Positions 37,541 through 49,075 of a stretch of 64,000 nucleotides of DNA are shown in pieces. Source of the stretch: Bacillota bacterium (GTDB taxonomy: Bacteria > Bacillota > JAAYKD01). The notes below the pieces were generated by a model. That model saw nothing but the letters and a program-made list of their open reading frames with translations. It did no database searches and was not told where the DNA came from. Both the position numbers and the translations under genes were made by a program. The stretch covers positions 1,248,001-1,312,000 of the forward strand of contig OY762825.2 of the NCBI GenBank assembly GCA_963666425.2, written 5' to 3'. Position 1 is the first letter of the stretch; every line of letters starts with the position of its first letter.

Positions 37541-38104
37541 TCAGCAGAGCGGAATTTCTGTCATTTTCAGCATTGCGCCGTCTTCGTAATCCAAGCGAAT
37601 GATATAAGGAGCAAACGGCTTCATATACAAATAGCCCTTTAAGCCGTAATCCGTATAGTAATGCAAAATGGTTGATAAAGCGCAGCCATGCGTACCCACT
37701 GCCACCGTCTGCTGCGGATGCGCCGCGACAATTTGATTGACAGCCTCGATGTTTCTTTTTTGCACTGCCAGCAATGATTCGCAACCCTCTGCGGCGTAGT
37801 TCAGGTCCGCCCATTGAGCTTGCATGTATTCGTCGAAATTGCCGGTAAACAACGCTTCCGTCATGCCGCGTTCGCGCAATGCTTCTACCGTATGAATGCT
37901 CAACCCTTTTTGCTTTGCCAGCGGAGCCAGCGTTTGACTGGTGCGCAGATAGGTGCTGGCATAAATGGCATCGATGTGGATGTCCGCGAGAGTCCGCGCT
38001 ACTTGTTCGGCGCCTTTTTGCCCCTGCTCGGTCAAACCACGCTGATATTGATCTGGGTTGCTGTTATCCGACTGTGCGTGACGGACAAAATAGATTTGGG
38101 TCAT
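37541..38104 (-). CDS. histidine phosphatase family protein
   Basis: FVRHA, L.E.G, S.Y.R..QT, LRE, GES-like, THG. Confidence 0.88.
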   Translation of the reverse strand: MTQIYFVRHAQSDNSNPDQYQRGLTEQGQKGAEQVARTLADIHIDAIYASTYLRTSQTLAPLAKQKGLSIHTVEALRERGMTEALFTGNFDEYMQAQWADLNYAAEGCESLLAVQKRNIEAVNQIVAAHPQQTVAVGTHGCALSTILHYYTDYGLKGYLYMKPFAPYIIRLDYEDGAMLKMTEIPLC

Positions 38105-38118
38105 TTGCTTTGCCTCCT

Positions 38119-38159
38119 AAAAAAAGAGACAACGGCGCTGCAGGGCTTTGCCGTTGTCT
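38119..38159 (-). terminator. terminator after glyA
   Basis: AGACAACGGC / GCCGTTGTCT plus a T-run on the minus strand. Confidence 0.7.
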
Positions 38160-38173
38160 TGAGAAGTTTTTAA

Positions 38174-39427
38174 TTAATCAGCGTAGAGCGGGAATTTGGC
38201 GCAGAGTTCCGCGATCATCTCACGGCAGCGAACCAAAACCGCTTCGTCATCACGTCCGGCAATCGCCATTTCGATCACTTCAGCAATCACATCCATCGCA
38301 GCTTCATCGAAACCGCGGCTGGTCACAGCAGGGGTACCTAAGCGAATACCGCTGGTAATGAAAGGACTGGCCGTTTCAAACGGGACTGTGTTTTTGTTGC
38401 AGGTGATATGGATGGTGCCGAGCAGTTTCTCAGCGTCCTTACCGGTGATATTTTTGTTGCGCAGATCAACCAACATGAGATGATTGTCGGTGCCGCCGGA
38501 AATTAAGTTAAAACCGCGTTTGACAAGAGCGTTTGCCAAGGCTTGCGCGTTGTTAATCACTTTTTGCTGATAGATTTTAAATTCCGGAGCCAATGCTTCT
38601 TTGAAGCAAACCGCTTTAGAAGCGATCACATGCATCAACGGGCCGCCTTGGATGCCAGGGAAAATTGCTTTGTCAATTGCTTTGGCGTATTCTTTCTTGC
38701 AAAGAATCATACCGCCGCGGGGACCGCGCAGTGTTTTATGTGTTGTGGTCGTAACGAAATCAGCATAAGGCACCGGATTGCTGTGTAAACCAGCCGCAAC
38801 CAAACCGGCGATATGAGCCATATCCACCATCAGCATGGCGCCGACTTCTTTGGCAATTTCACTGAAACGTTTGAAATCGATTTCGCGGGAGTAAGCAGAA
38901 GCGCCGCAGACAATCAATTTCGGTTGGCATTCTTTGGCAATTCTTAAAACTTCATCATAATCAATCCGTCCGGTTTCTTTATTAACACCGTAGGCAACGA
39001 AATGATAGAGCAAACCGGAAATATTAACAGGAGAACCATGTGTTAAATGGCCACCATGAGAGAGATCCATTCCCATTACGGTATCACCGGGTTTCAAGAC
39101 GGCAATATAAACAGCGGTATTCGCTTGTGAACCGGAATGAGGCTGTACGTTGGCATGATCGGCACCGAACAAGGCGATGGCGCGATCACGCGCTAAATTT
39201 TCGGCGATATCGACAAATTCGCAGCCGCCGTAATAACGATGCCCCGGATAACCTTCGGCGTATTTGTTGGTCAATACGGTTCCCATTGCTTCCATAACCG
39301 CTTTGCTGACAAAGTTCTCGGAAGCAATCAGTTCGATATGATCGCGCTGACGGCCCAGTTCCAAGTCCATCGTATTAGCAATTTCAGGATCAAATGCTCT
39401 CAGTTCAGGAAATTCATTGATTTTCAT
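38174..39427 (-). CDS. glyA: serine hydroxymethyltransferase
   Basis: [34 protein letters not shown]. Confidence 0.98.
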   Translation of the reverse strand: MKINEFPELRAFDPEIANTMDLELGRQRDHIELIASENFVSKAVMEAMGTVLTNKYAEGYPGHRYYGGCEFVDIAENLARDRAIALFGADHANVQPHSGSQANTAVYIAVLKPGDTVMGMDLSHGGHLTHGSPVNISGLLYHFVAYGVNKETGRIDYDEVLRIAKECQPKLIVCGASAYSREIDFKRFSEIAKEVGAMLMVDMAHIAGLVAAGLHSNPVPYADFVTTTTHKTLRGPRGGMILCKKEYAKAIDKAIFPGIQGGPLMHVIASKAVCFKEALAPEFKIYQQKVINNAQALANALVKRGFNLISGGTDNHLMLVDLRNKNITGKDAEKLLGTIHITCNKNTVPFETASPFITSGIRLGTPAVTSRGFDEAAMDVIAEVIEMAIAGRDDEAVLVRCREMIAELCAKFPLYAD

Positions 39428-39533
39428 GCTAACTCCTCCTTAAATTTTCTGGAATGTTTTCTATAAGCTAACCCGCAGCAAATCTTGCAATCAGCGCGGA
39501 GAGCTTGCGTAAAAATAATAGAAGCGTTTCTTC

Positions 39534-40565
39534 TTAAATCCGGTTGGCTTCCTGCGCCTGTTCCTGGCTGTAGACAGCTCGTTTTCCACCCACCAGACGC
39601 GGACGGCTGAAGGCAGCATGGACATTGGCTTTTCCGAGCGTTTTATGCGCTAAGCGCAGCGGCACAGCCACCCAAGCCAAATGCATGCCGATCATCGTAT
39701 CGCCGATATCCAAGCCGGCTCTCGCTTTATGGTGCAGGTCATTGACCACCACTGCATCCGCAAGTTGAGAAAAAGCCTGTGTCGCCATGGCTCCGCCTGC
39801 GTGCGGAGCGGGAACAACCGATACCTGCTCCAAATCATAACGTTCCATCGTACTGCGTTCGACGACCAGAGAACGGTTGAGGTGTTCGCAGCATTGAAAA
39901 GCCAAGATCAGTTGATGCGCATCTGCCGCTTTACGTAAGCCCGCATAAACAGCAGCGGCCGTTTCCGCGCTGGAAGCAGAGCCGATGCGATGACCACCGA
40001 TCTCACTTGTACTGCAGCCGATTACCACCAGACTGCCTGGTTCCAAATTGCTTTTCTCTGCCAGTTCATGCATTAAATCGGTTGCCTGAAGCTGCAGCTG
40101 CTCCGAACTAAATTCCGCTTCCGCTGTTTCATCCGCAGCCGGTTCCAATTTGGCAATCCTGCGCAGATGTCTGCCGCCACTGAATTCTGTATTCAGCCAA
40201 GTATCAACAATACTCAAGGCCAGACCGCTGCCGATGACTCTGCCCCCCATACATAAGACATTGCTGTCATTATGTTCACGGGTAGCTTGGGCTGAGAACA
40301 GATCATGGCAAAGCGCAGCCCGAATGCCGCTTTGTTTATTGGCCGCAATGCTCATGCCTATGCCTGTCCCACAAACCAGGATTCCTTTATCGGCTTCATT
40401 TTGTTGGATTGCCCGCGTCACAAGAATCGCATAATCAGGATAATCCACCGATTCCGTGGAATAACAGCCAAAATCCTGAACCGTATGTCCGGATTTTTCG
40501 AGAGACTGGCGGATTTCTTCTTTTAAGTGATAGCCGCCATGATCGGCACCAATTGCAATTCTCAT
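39534..40565 (-). CDS. rpiB: fusion of ribose-5-phosphate isomerase B and YwlG (UPF0340/DUF436)
   Basis: N-half: GADHGG, VDYPD, CGTGIGMSIAANK, HNDSN, GGRH.RR. C-half: GCSTSEI.G..IG, QCCEHLNR.LVVE, AGG, IGDT.IGMH, RP.L.GG.RA.Y. Confidence 0.9.
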   Translation of the reverse strand: MRIAIGADHGGYHLKEEIRQSLEKSGHTVQDFGCYSTESVDYPDYAILVTRAIQQNEADKGILVCGTGIGMSIAANKQSGIRAALCHDLFSAQATREHNDSNVLCMGGRVIGSGLALSIVDTWLNTEFSGGRHLRRIAKLEPAADETAEAEFSSEQLQLQATDLMHELAEKSNLEPGSLVVIGCSTSEIGGHRIGSASSAETAAAVYAGLRKAADAHQLILAFQCCEHLNRSLVVERSTMERYDLEQVSVVPAPHAGGAMATQAFSQLADAVVVNDLHHKARAGLDIGDTMIGMHLAWVAVPLRLAHKTLGKANVHAAFSRPRLVGGKRAVYSQEQAQEANRI

Positions 40566-40614
40566 CGTAAAATACCTCCTAAGCGAAAACATACAGGAAT
40601 CAGCCGGCAGCTTG

Positions 40615-41115
40615 TCACATTGCGGCAAGCCGGTCTATCAGCCGTTCCAAGCTATCGCGCAGCTGAACTGCGATGTGGCGATAGACTTCCAGAGGCTGGC
40701 CATAGGGGTCTTCAATATCTGTATTCTCGGCGCCGACATAACGGTTTAAAACAAATGTTTTTGCGGCATAACCCGGGAAACGGGTCAACAGCAGAGTCCG
40801 CTGCGCATTGCTCATCGTTAAAACCAAATCCGCCGCTTGCAGCATTTCTTCTGTTAAGCTCTGGGCGGGACGTTCCCCTAACTGCAGTCCCAGTTCTGTC
40901 ATGGCAAGGTTGGCTTCTTCCGCTGCTGTATCCCCTGTCACAACAGATAAACCGGCAGAGATGAAGTTGCATTTCGGCGCATGCAGGGTTTTTTCATGAA
41001 TATCTTTGGCGATCACTTCCGCCATCGGACTGCGGCAGGTATTACCGCTGCAAATAAACAGTACGGTCAAAGGTTTCGCATTCTCTTCCTGGTTTTTCTG
41101 TTTGGGTTCACTCAA
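40615..41115 (-). CDS. ywlE: low molecular weight protein-arginine phosphatase (YwlE-like)
   Basis: CSGNTCRS P-loop with Thr, DIEDPYG; ywl synteny. Confidence 0.85.
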   Translation of the reverse strand: MSEPKQKNQEENAKPLTVLFICSGNTCRSPMAEVIAKDIHEKTLHAPKCNFISAGLSVVTGDTAAEEANLAMTELGLQLGERPAQSLTEEMLQAADLVLTMSNAQRTLLLTRFPGYAAKTFVLNRYVGAENTDIEDPYGQPLEVYRHIAVQLRDSLERLIDRLAAM

Positions 41116-42160
41116 GACATATCCACTCCTTTGCCGCTTTCACCATTCTGTTCATCACTGCCCGGCCTAATTCCTTCTCTGTTACGCCTTGTAACAAAAT
41201 ACGATTGACTCCAGCATCGTCGCAGGCGCGGAAACATTCAAAGAGATGCTGCGCTGTACGATGCAGCATGCGTGCTTCGTCAGCCGCGGATAAATCAAAA
41301 ACCAAATCTGCCGGCGCGCTGAATTGATATTGCGTCATGATGACGCCAATTTTTTCTCCGCGTTTTCTGGCAGCCGTCGCGTCCTGGATCATCCTTTTAC
41401 AAACCGCATCGCGCGAACCACTGTAGAGAATAACCGTTGCTTTGGGAGCATAGTGCGTATATTTCATACCCGGTGCTTTCGGAACTTCGGCAAAGGGCAG
41501 TGGATTCTGCAGTGTCGGCGCAATTAAGTCCGGTAAAAACGGCAGCAGCATTTCGTAGGTAATCGCACCCGGCCGTAAAATCACACAGTGCCCCAGGCTC
41601 AGGTCCAGCACCGTCGACTCTACCCCTTCCCGACAGGCGCCGCCATCCAGGATTAGCGGAATCCGCCCCTGCAGATCATCGTAAACATGCTGCGCAGTCG
41701 TTGGGCTCGGTTTACCGGAGAGATTGGCGCTGGGAGCGGCAATGGGAATCCCCGCCGCTGCAATCAAAGCCAAAGCGACCGCATGGTCCGGCATCCTCAC
41801 CCCTACCGTACGCAAACCGCCGGTGATCGCGTCAGGAATTTCCGGCTTTTTGCTTAGAATCATGGTCAGCGGACCCGGCCAGAAGTGATCCATCAAGCGA
41901 TATGCCACCGGTGGAACCTGTTCGGCTACCTGGCTCAGCATTTCTCGATGGGAGATATGCACGATCAAAGGATTATCTGACGGACGTCCTTTGGCAGTAT
42001 AAATCGCTCTTGCCGCTGCTTCATCGAGCGCAGAACCACCCAGTCCATAGACAGTTTCGGTTGGAAAGGCTACCAATTGCCCGCTGCGCAGCAAGGCACC
42101 GGCATGCGCCATTTGACTCTCCTGCCAACCCGCGGTAAAATCATAGATTTCAGTTTCCAT
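41108..42160 (-). CDS. tsaC: L-threonylcarbamoyladenylate synthase (Sua5/TsaC2)
   Basis: PTETVYGL, KGRPSDNPLIVH, APSAN.SG.PSPT, PGMKY.HYAP. Confidence 0.95.
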   Translation of the reverse strand: METEIYDFTAGWQESQMAHAGALLRSGQLVAFPTETVYGLGGSALDEAAARAIYTAKGRPSDNPLIVHISHREMLSQVAEQVPPVAYRLMDHFWPGPLTMILSKKPEIPDAITGGLRTVGVRMPDHAVALALIAAAGIPIAAPSANLSGKPSPTTAQHVYDDLQGRIPLILDGGACREGVESTVLDLSLGHCVILRPGAITYEMLLPFLPDLIAPTLQNPLPFAEVPKAPGMKYTHYAPKATVILYSGSRDAVCKRMIQDATAARKRGEKIGVIMTQYQFSAPADLVFDLSAADEARMLHRTAQHLFECFRACDDAGVNRILLQGVTEKELGRAVMNRMVKAAKEWICLE

Positions 42161-42238
42161 ATTCAACATTCCTTTTTCGCAACAGCATAATTTCGGCGCC
42201 TTCTTCTCAGCGCTCCTGTCTTTCATCGCTTGAGCAGG

Positions 42239-43384
42239 CTAAACACACCTGACCCCTAAACTCCAGACCTGTTTCAATTCCAGGCGATCATCCATAATCA
42301 CCAAATCCGCATCTCTGCCCGGGGCCAGATTGCCTTTGCTGCTTTCGATCCCCATTGCCTGAGCCGGTGTCAGGGTGGCCATTTTCACAGCCGCCTGCAG
42401 CGCTGCTCCACCCAGTTTCACCGCGCGGCGTACTGCTTCCGCCATGGTCAACGAACTACCTGCCAGTGTACCGTCCGCCAAATAGAAGGCGCCATCACGC
42501 GCTGTTACCTCCGAGTCGGTTGACCTATCGGTTTTTACTGTCGTACCGGTTGCACGCAGGGCATCGGTAATCAGAATCACACCTTCCGGACCTTTGACTT
42601 TGAAGGCCAATTTCAACATCGCAGGATGGACATGCACCCCGTCACAAATCAGTTGCGCGCGGATTTCTTTCAGAATAAGTGCTGCAGCTGCCAATCCCGG
42701 CGCTCTTTTGTCGAGCCCGGTCATGGCGTTGTATAAATGGCTGACTTGACTGACTCCCCAAGAGGCTGCCAGCAGCATGCCATCGTAATCCGCTTCCGTA
42801 TGCCCGGCAGCAAAGCGAACCCCTTTGCTCACACCGTAGCGGACCATTTCTTCACTTCCCGGCAATTCCGGCGCCATGGTTACAAGACGCACCACCGGAT
42901 TATCCAGCAATGGCTGCCATTCTGCAGACAGCGGCAAGCGAATATAGTCTCCACTCTGAGCGCCTTTGCGCCGCTCTGCCAGGTAGGGACCTTCCAAATG
43001 AATCCCCAGAATACGTTTTTTTAGATCTTCCTGCTGCATTGCCTGAGCAACCGCTTCGATCGCTTGATTCAAGGCACCGCGGTTATGGGTTACCGTAGTG
43101 GGATACAAAGAGGTGGTACCGCCCTGCAGATGAAAATTCGCCATGGTCCGAATGGCTTCCACTTCTCCGTCCATCGCGTCCGCACCACCGCCGCCATGCA
43201 CATGCAGATCGATAAAACCAGGCAATAACCAACTATCGGCCAGATTCACCCGATCATACTCGGCAGGAATTTCATTTTCGGAAACGAAACCGGCAATTCG
43301 GCTTTGGTTAATCAATAAGGCCGATCCGGTCATCACTTGGTCGGGCGTCATAATTTTACCGCGGTAAAACGCCACACCAGCCAT
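42239..43384 (-). CDS. nagA: N-acetylglucosamine-6-phosphate deacetylase
   Basis: PGFIDLHVHG, HLEGP, GHT, HLYNAM, DGVHVHP, LAGS. Confidence 0.95.
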   Translation of the reverse strand: MAGVAFYRGKIMTPDQVMTGSALLINQSRIAGFVSENEIPAEYDRVNLADSWLLPGFIDLHVHGGGGADAMDGEVEAIRTMANFHLQGGTTSLYPTTVTHNRGALNQAIEAVAQAMQQEDLKKRILGIHLEGPYLAERRKGAQSGDYIRLPLSAEWQPLLDNPVVRLVTMAPELPGSEEMVRYGVSKGVRFAAGHTEADYDGMLLAASWGVSQVSHLYNAMTGLDKRAPGLAAAALILKEIRAQLICDGVHVHPAMLKLAFKVKGPEGVILITDALRATGTTVKTDRSTDSEVTARDGAFYLADGTLAGSSLTMAEAVRRAVKLGGAALQAAVKMATLTPAQAMGIESSKGNLAPGRDADLVIMDDRLELKQVWSLGVRCV

Positions 43385-43486
43385 TGTGTCACCTACTTTC
43401 CGATTCTCACAAGGATATCAATTCTATTTAATTCTAAAATGGGATGAATGAGTCCTGCTGCACAGAGAAATAAAGCCGATTGCGCT

Positions 43487-44365
43487 TCACTTTTGCTTCA
43501 GCAGTAAGACACGCGGGATCGCGGCAAAATCTGCAATCGAGCGATCGAGCTGCCAGCCTTCCTCTTCAGCCAGCTGCAGAACCGCCTTCATCTGGTCATG
43601 ACCAATTTCCAATACCAAGCAGCCATTTGGCTGCAGACGCGGGGCTGCTTCCCGCAGCAGACGGCGATAGAAGTGCAGACCGTCCGGACCGCCGTCCAGG
43701 GCAATGCTCGGCTCCTGCCGGACATCGGCTGCTAAAGTTTCGATTTCCGCCGAAGGAATATAAGGCGGATTGCTGAGGATCATATCATACTGTGGCAGAG
43801 GCAGCGGTGTGAGCAGATCACCCAGAAAGAAGTGCACCTGCTGCTGTACTCCAAGCCGCGCGGCGTTGGCGGCGCTGAGTTGTAAGGGAATCGGACTGAT
43901 ATCGCTGGCATGCACAGTCAAACCAGGCAGCAAATGGGCTAAGGTCAACGCGATGGCACCGGAGCCGACACCGATTTCCGCTATTACCAAGCCGCTGCCA
44001 TCACAGCTGATCTGCCGCAGCTGCTGCTCTGCCGCTGCTACCAAATGCTCGGTTTCTGGCCGCGGAATCAACACACCGGGAGTAACCTGAAATTCCAGAC
44101 CGTAAAATTCCTGCCGCCCCAACAGGTACTGCATCGGCATCTGCGCGGACCGCTGCCGCAAATTGCACTGATATGTACGCTGCTGTTCTGCTGTTAAGGT
44201 CACCGTTTCGTCCAAATGGCTAAAAAAAGAGGCTCTGGACATTGCCAGAGCCTGCCGCAATAACAATTCCGCGTCTCGCAAAGCGGTTTGCTCCAAGCCA
44301 TGTTCCTTTAAGTAATCAGCCCCCTCCTTGCGCAAAAGGCGCAAGGTACCAGGTTTGCTGTTCAT
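43487..44365 (-). CDS. prmC: release factor glutamine methyltransferase
   Basis: [27 protein letters not shown]. Confidence 0.95.
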   Translation of the reverse strand: MNSKPGTLRLLRKEGADYLKEHGLEQTALRDAELLLRQALAMSRASFFSHLDETVTLTAEQQRTYQCNLRQRSAQMPMQYLLGRQEFYGLEFQVTPGVLIPRPETEHLVAAAEQQLRQISCDGSGLVIAEIGVGSGAIALTLAHLLPGLTVHASDISPIPLQLSAANAARLGVQQQVHFFLGDLLTPLPLPQYDMILSNPPYIPSAEIETLAADVRQEPSIALDGGPDGLHFYRRLLREAAPRLQPNGCLVLEIGHDQMKAVLQLAEEEGWQLDRSIADFAAIPRVLLLKQK

Positions 44366-45438
44366 TGATTGTCTCCCGATAACTTGGCAGCGCGGTCTGC
44401 CACGATTAAAGCATCAATCATCCCTTCAATGTCACCGCCTAAGAAGGCTTCCATTTGATAGATTGTCATGCCAATACGATGATCGGTAACCCGTCCTTGC
44501 GGAAAGTTATAGGTCCGGATGCGTTCGGAGCGATCGCCGGTCCCGATTTGACTCTTGCGGTCAGCCCCGATCGCGGCTGACTGCTTATTTTGCTCAATTT
44601 CCAACAAACGGGAGCGCAAAACCCGCATCGCCTTCTCTTTGTTTTTCAACTGTGACCGTTCATCCTGACAGGTGACGACCAGCCCAGTGGGAAGATGGGT
44701 CAGACGGATCGCTGATTCCACCTTATTGACATTTTGGCCGCCGGCTCCGCTGGAACAGTAGATATCGGTTCTAATGTCATTGGGATTGATCTCAATCTCC
44801 ACTTCTTCCGCTTCCGGCATGACAGCTACTGTCGCAGTGGAAGTATGGATGCGGCCGGAGGCTTCGGTTTCCGGGACGCGCTGAACCCGATGCACACCGC
44901 TTTCGAACTTCAAGCGGCTGAAAGCACCCTGGCCTTGAATGGAGAAGACGACTTCCTTAATGCCACCGAGATCTGTCTCATTAATGTCCATAATTTCGGT
45001 ATGCCAGCCTTTGCGTTCGGCATAAAAGGTATACATACGATATAAATCGGAAGCAAATAAAGCCGCCTCGCCGCCGCCGGCTCCGCCGCGAATTTCCATG
45101 ATCACGTTTTTATCATCATTGGGGTCTTTGGGCAACAGCAATACTTTTAACTCTTCTGAAAGCGCTTCTTTGCGATTGCGTTCCTGGGTTAATTCTTCTT
45201 TAAGCAATTCAGCAAATTCCGTATCGTTGCCGGCTTCCGAGTCCAAAGTCGCCAGGGTCTCCTCAATGTTTGTACTGACCTTTTGATACTCTTCGTAGGC
45301 GGCAACCGTGTCGCGCAGACTGGCGTATTCTTTGGCATAGGCTTGATATTCTTTTTGGTTCTTTAAAATCTCCGGATCAGACAGCAAACCAGCCAATTGA
45401 TGGTAGCGATCTGCCAGCGATTGTAATTTATCATACAT
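44362..45438 (-). CDS. prfA: peptide chain release factor 1
   Basis: PxT (VPETE), [17 protein letters not shown]. Confidence 0.97.
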   Translation of the reverse strand: MYDKLQSLADRYHQLAGLLSDPEILKNQKEYQAYAKEYASLRDTVAAYEEYQKVSTNIEETLATLDSEAGNDTEFAELLKEELTQERNRKEALSEELKVLLLPKDPNDDKNVIMEIRGGAGGGEAALFASDLYRMYTFYAERKGWHTEIMDINETDLGGIKEVVFSIQGQGAFSRLKFESGVHRVQRVPETEASGRIHTSTATVAVMPEAEEVEIEINPNDIRTDIYCSSGAGGQNVNKVESAIRLTHLPTGLVVTCQDERSQLKNKEKAMRVLRSRLLEIEQNKQSAAIGADRKSQIGTGDRSERIRTYNFPQGRVTDHRIGMTIYQMEAFLGGDIEGMIDALIVADRAAKLSGDNQ

Positions 45439-46339
45439 GATTGGAAACCTCCTCAGGCGGCAAAACACCCTGCAAGGCGCGGATTGCTACCTCTATCTGA
45501 CTGTCATCCGGTTCTCTGGTAGTTAATTTCTGCAGCCAGAGGCCCGGTTTTGTAAAGAAATCGACGATTTTATTCTCGCCTGCGTGCTTACCCATATAAC
45601 GCAGGACCTCGTAGGAGATCCCGGCTACCAACGGCATCAGCAGCAAGCGGGAGAGCACTCTGATGAAAAGATTCGGCCAGCCGAACAGCGAAAAGAAGAG
45701 GGAAGCTACCACCATCACGATGAAGAGAAAATTCGTGCCGCAGCGGGGATGCAGTGTACTGTACTTCCGGACATTTGCCACGGTCAGCGGTTCTTTTGCT
45801 TCATAACAATAAATTGTTTTATGTTCCGCACCGTGATACTGAAATACCCGGCGAATATCATCCACGTAGGAAACAGCAGTAACATAAGCAAAAAAGAAAA
45901 GAATCCGGATGCATCCTTCCAGTAAATTGCGCAGCAAGGAACTCTGCAGCTGCTGCAGCGGCAGAAAACGCAAGACGACGGTGGGGAGCACCATAAATAA
46001 TCCCACACCCATGAACAAGGCCAGGATAACCGCCAAGAACATCTGCCAATCCTTGAGTGATTCCTCACCGTCTGCCGCTTCTCCATACAGTTCGGCCGAA
46101 TAATTCAATACTTTCACGCCACCCACCAGGGAATCAAGAAAGGCGACCACACCGCGCAGGATAGGCAAGCCTAAAAAAGCATATTTTTTCGTCAAGGGCA
46201 GTCGATTTTCGTATTTGACAACAATTTCACCGTTGCTGCGCCGGCAGGCAACCGCCATCTGGCCTTCCGGTCCCTTCATCATGACGCCTTCGATCACAGC
46301 CTGACCGCCATAGGCGGTATATTTTTTCCCTGTTGCCAT
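45431..46339 (-). CDS. DUF1385 family membrane protein (YqhQ-like)
   Basis: [28 protein letters not shown]...Q.EVA. Confidence 0.92.
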   Translation of the reverse strand: MATGKKYTAYGGQAVIEGVMMKGPEGQMAVACRRSNGEIVVKYENRLPLTKKYAFLGLPILRGVVAFLDSLVGGVKVLNYSAELYGEAADGEESLKDWQMFLAVILALFMGVGLFMVLPTVVLRFLPLQQLQSSLLRNLLEGCIRILFFFAYVTAVSYVDDIRRVFQYHGAEHKTIYCYEAKEPLTVANVRKYSTLHPRCGTNFLFIVMVVASLFFSLFGWPNLFIRVLSRLLLMPLVAGISYEVLRYMGKHAGENKIVDFFTKPGLWLQKLTTREPDDSQIEVAIRALQGVLPPEEVSNHV

Positions 46340-46401
46340 AGGTCACCCGATCTTTCTATCTAGCTGACTTGAGTGCATTAGGTTACTAAATGTGTACATG
46401 A

Positions 46402-46444
46402 TGAAACAAGCAGCATTGGATCGGACCAAAAACTGCTTGTTTCA
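46402..46444 (-). terminator. hairpin after rpmE
   Basis: TGAAACAAGCAG / CTGCTTGTTTCA. Confidence 0.7.
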
Positions 46445-46450
46445 ATTTGG

Positions 46451-46666
46451 CTACGCCTCTGTTTCGTCTTTTAAGCCCCAACGTTTTCTGAAACGGTCAA
46501 CACGGCCACCGGTATCTACCAGTTTTTGTTTGCCGGTAAAGAAAGGATGACATTTGGAGCAGAGTTCCACACGAACTTCTTTTTGTGTGGAGAAGGCTTT
46601 AAACCGTTCGCCGCAAGCGCAAATAACATCGGCTTCATACATTTTGGGATGGATTTTGTCTTTCAT
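46451..46666 (-). CDS. rpmE: 50S ribosomal protein L31 (zinc-binding type)
   Basis: [26 protein letters not shown]. Confidence 0.97.
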   Translation of the reverse strand: MKDKIHPKMYEADVICACGERFKAFSTQKEVRVELCSKCHPFFTGKQKLVDTGGRVDRFRKRWGLKDETEA

Positions 46667-46706
46667 GATGCTTCACCTCGGTTTCTAATAGTGTTAGAAT
46701 GGGTTT

Positions 46707-46735
46707 ATTATAGCATATACAAATGAGTGAAGCAA
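46707..46735 (-). promoter_or_regulatory. sigma-A promoter of rpmE
   Basis: Minus strand TTGCTT-N17-TATAAT with an extended TG. Confidence 0.72.
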
Positions 46736-46793
46736 GTAGAATCTTGATCAAAGTGCGGGGGATTTTAGAATAGCGCTCGGCAGGCTTCAGCGG

Positions 46794-48084
46794 TCATTTT
46801 CTGACACTGCGCGAAAAGGAGCCAACCAACAAACCGCTTTCCGCCTGTAAAATGGCAATTGCTTTGCCTAAACCCAAAGCGGTACCATCCCGCTCCGGAT
46901 CCGGCGCCATTTGCTGCCAATAAAGGCTGGGATCAATATTCAGATTGCGCATCTGCACCATGCTGATTTTATATTTGCGAATACACAAAAGCAGCGCTTC
47001 CAATTCTCTTTCCCGGTCGGTAATCCCCGGAAACGAAAGCAGATTTAAGGCGATCTGCACCCCGTTTTCCCGACAAATCTGCATGGATTGGAAAACATCC
47101 TGCAATTGATAATTGACGGGACGGTAATAGGCGTTATAGAACGCGGGGCGAACCGAATTAAGACTGATCCGAATACTGTCCAATCCGTTCTTCGCCAAAG
47201 CGGCGATGGCTGCCGAATCACCGGCATTGGAATTGATGTTGATGGTACCCAACTTCGTCTGCTGCCGGATGTCCTGCATTGCTTGGCACAGGGTTGGCCA
47301 TTGCAGGGATGGTTCCCCTTCACAACCCTGGCCGAAGCTGATAATTGCATCCTCCGCCGATTCCAGATGCGCGGCACCGATTGAGCTGATTTCCTCAACG
47401 CTGGGCACGAACGTCAATCTGGTTTGCGGAGAGGGACAGCATTCGGAAGGCTGCAGGGAGATGCAGCCAAGGCAGCGGGCGTTGCACACCGGCGAGACGG
47501 GAATTCCTGCCTCCCAGCGGCGATAAAACATATTTTGGGCTGTAAAACAGGCATAATCCTGCGCGCAGTGGGCTAATTGTGCGATGATCCGGTTATGCGG
47601 AAATTCTGTTTTGCGCTGCCGAATACAGTCTTCCAACGCGTCTGTAGAAAAATGTTTGGGGTCCCAGCGATCACGCAGGTCATCGGTAGCATGAGCAGCT
47701 ACCCAAACAGCACCCTGCTGCCAAGCGACCGCAGCATAACCGTATAATGGCAGTTCTTCCGCCTCTTTCATCTCACGAAACGCCGGCAGCCCGAGTCTGG
47801 TATAACCTTGCGGCAAGGGTTGCTGCGACTGCCAGCCTGTTTTCCACTTCCATGACCTGGCCTTGGGCGTCGATGCCCAGCGGCACACGTCCGGGTAAGG
47901 AAATCAGACCGGCGCCTGCCGGCAGCGGGATCCACTCTGACGCGTCCGGCAAGAGTACTTCTTCACCCTGCCGGGTCAGGATCTGCAGGTCCGGTTCATC
48001 CATCAGTGCATTCTGACTGTCTGCGGTCAGCAGACGAAACGGCAACGTTTTCCTGCGGATTTTGCTTTGAAATTTCTGACGCAT
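46794..48084 (-). pseudogene. radical SAM protein, frameshifted near 47817-47819 (one extra base)
   Basis: CxxxCxxC (CNARCLGC), FGQGCEGEP. The N-terminal ORF 47773..48084 joins 46794..47888 as AVAATLPQGYTRL if one C of ACCCTTG is removed. Confidence 0.8.
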
Positions 48085-49050
48085 TTAGAAATTCCACTGC
48101 TTCTGAGCCAAACGGTGGGTCGCTTCGATGATCCGCACGGTACCCGACGTTCCGCGCATCACAATCGACTGGGTTTTAGCGATACCGTTGCCATAATAGC
48201 GGACCCCTTTGAGTAAATCTCCGTCTGAGATGCCGGTAGAAGAAAAGAAAACATCATCAGTTTTCACTAAGTCATTCAGGCGGAGCACCTTGCCCAATTC
48301 CAAACCCATAGCCAAGACGCGGGTTTTCTCCGCATCATTCATCGGAATCAGCCGTCCCTGCAGTTCGCCGCCCATACATTTTAAAGCGGCCGCTGCCAAG
48401 ACGCCTTCCGGAGCGCCGCCGGTACCGATCATAATATCAATACCGCTGTCTTCAATGGCGGTCGAGACGGCGGCAGACACATCCCCGTCGGTAATCAAAC
48501 GAATCCGCGCGCCGGCTTCTCTGGCTTGACGGATAATTTCACCATGGCGTTCGCGGTCCAGACAGATCAGGGTGACTTCGCTGATCGATTTTTGTTTGGC
48601 TTTAGCAACCGCTTCCAGATTTTTCCTGACCGGCCAATTGATATCGATCATGCCGGCCGCTGCCGGACCGACCGCGATTTTTTCCATATACATATCAGGT
48701 GCATGCAGCAAACAGCCGGCCGGCGCCGCTGCCAAACAGGAAATCGCTCCGGGTAAGCCTTTTGCCACTAAATTTGTCCCCTCCAGCGGGTCCACCGCGA
48801 TATCGACCTGCGGACCTTGGCCGTTGCCGACTTTTTCGCCGATAAAAAGCATGGGGGCTTCATCCATTTCGCCTTCCCCAATCACAACCGTACCTTCAAT
48901 ATTGATCGAATCGAATAAACGGCGCATCGCTTCCACTGCCAAACCGTCCGCTCCGTTTTTATCCCCTCTGCCCAACAATCTGCCGCAGGCCAATGCCGCC
49001 GCCTCTGTGACACGGACAAACTCCAAAGTCAATTCTCGATGCATTTTCAT
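48085..49050 (-). CDS. glpX: fructose-1,6-bisphosphatase class II
   Basis: RVTEAAA, VIGEGE.DEAPML, DPLEGT, APDMYM, GGAPEGV. Confidence 0.96.
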   Translation of the reverse strand: MKMHRELTLEFVRVTEAAALACGRLLGRGDKNGADGLAVEAMRRLFDSINIEGTVVIGEGEMDEAPMLFIGEKVGNGQGPQVDIAVDPLEGTNLVAKGLPGAISCLAAAPAGCLLHAPDMYMEKIAVGPAAAGMIDINWPVRKNLEAVAKAKQKSISEVTLICLDRERHGEIIRQAREAGARIRLITDGDVSAAVSTAIEDSGIDIMIGTGGAPEGVLAAAALKCMGGELQGRLIPMNDAEKTRVLAMGLELGKVLRLNDLVKTDDVFFSSTGISDGDLLKGVRYYGNGIAKTQSIVMRGTSGTVRIIEATHRLAQKQWNF

Positions 49051-49075
49051 TTTGATAGACTCCCTCTCATGATTT

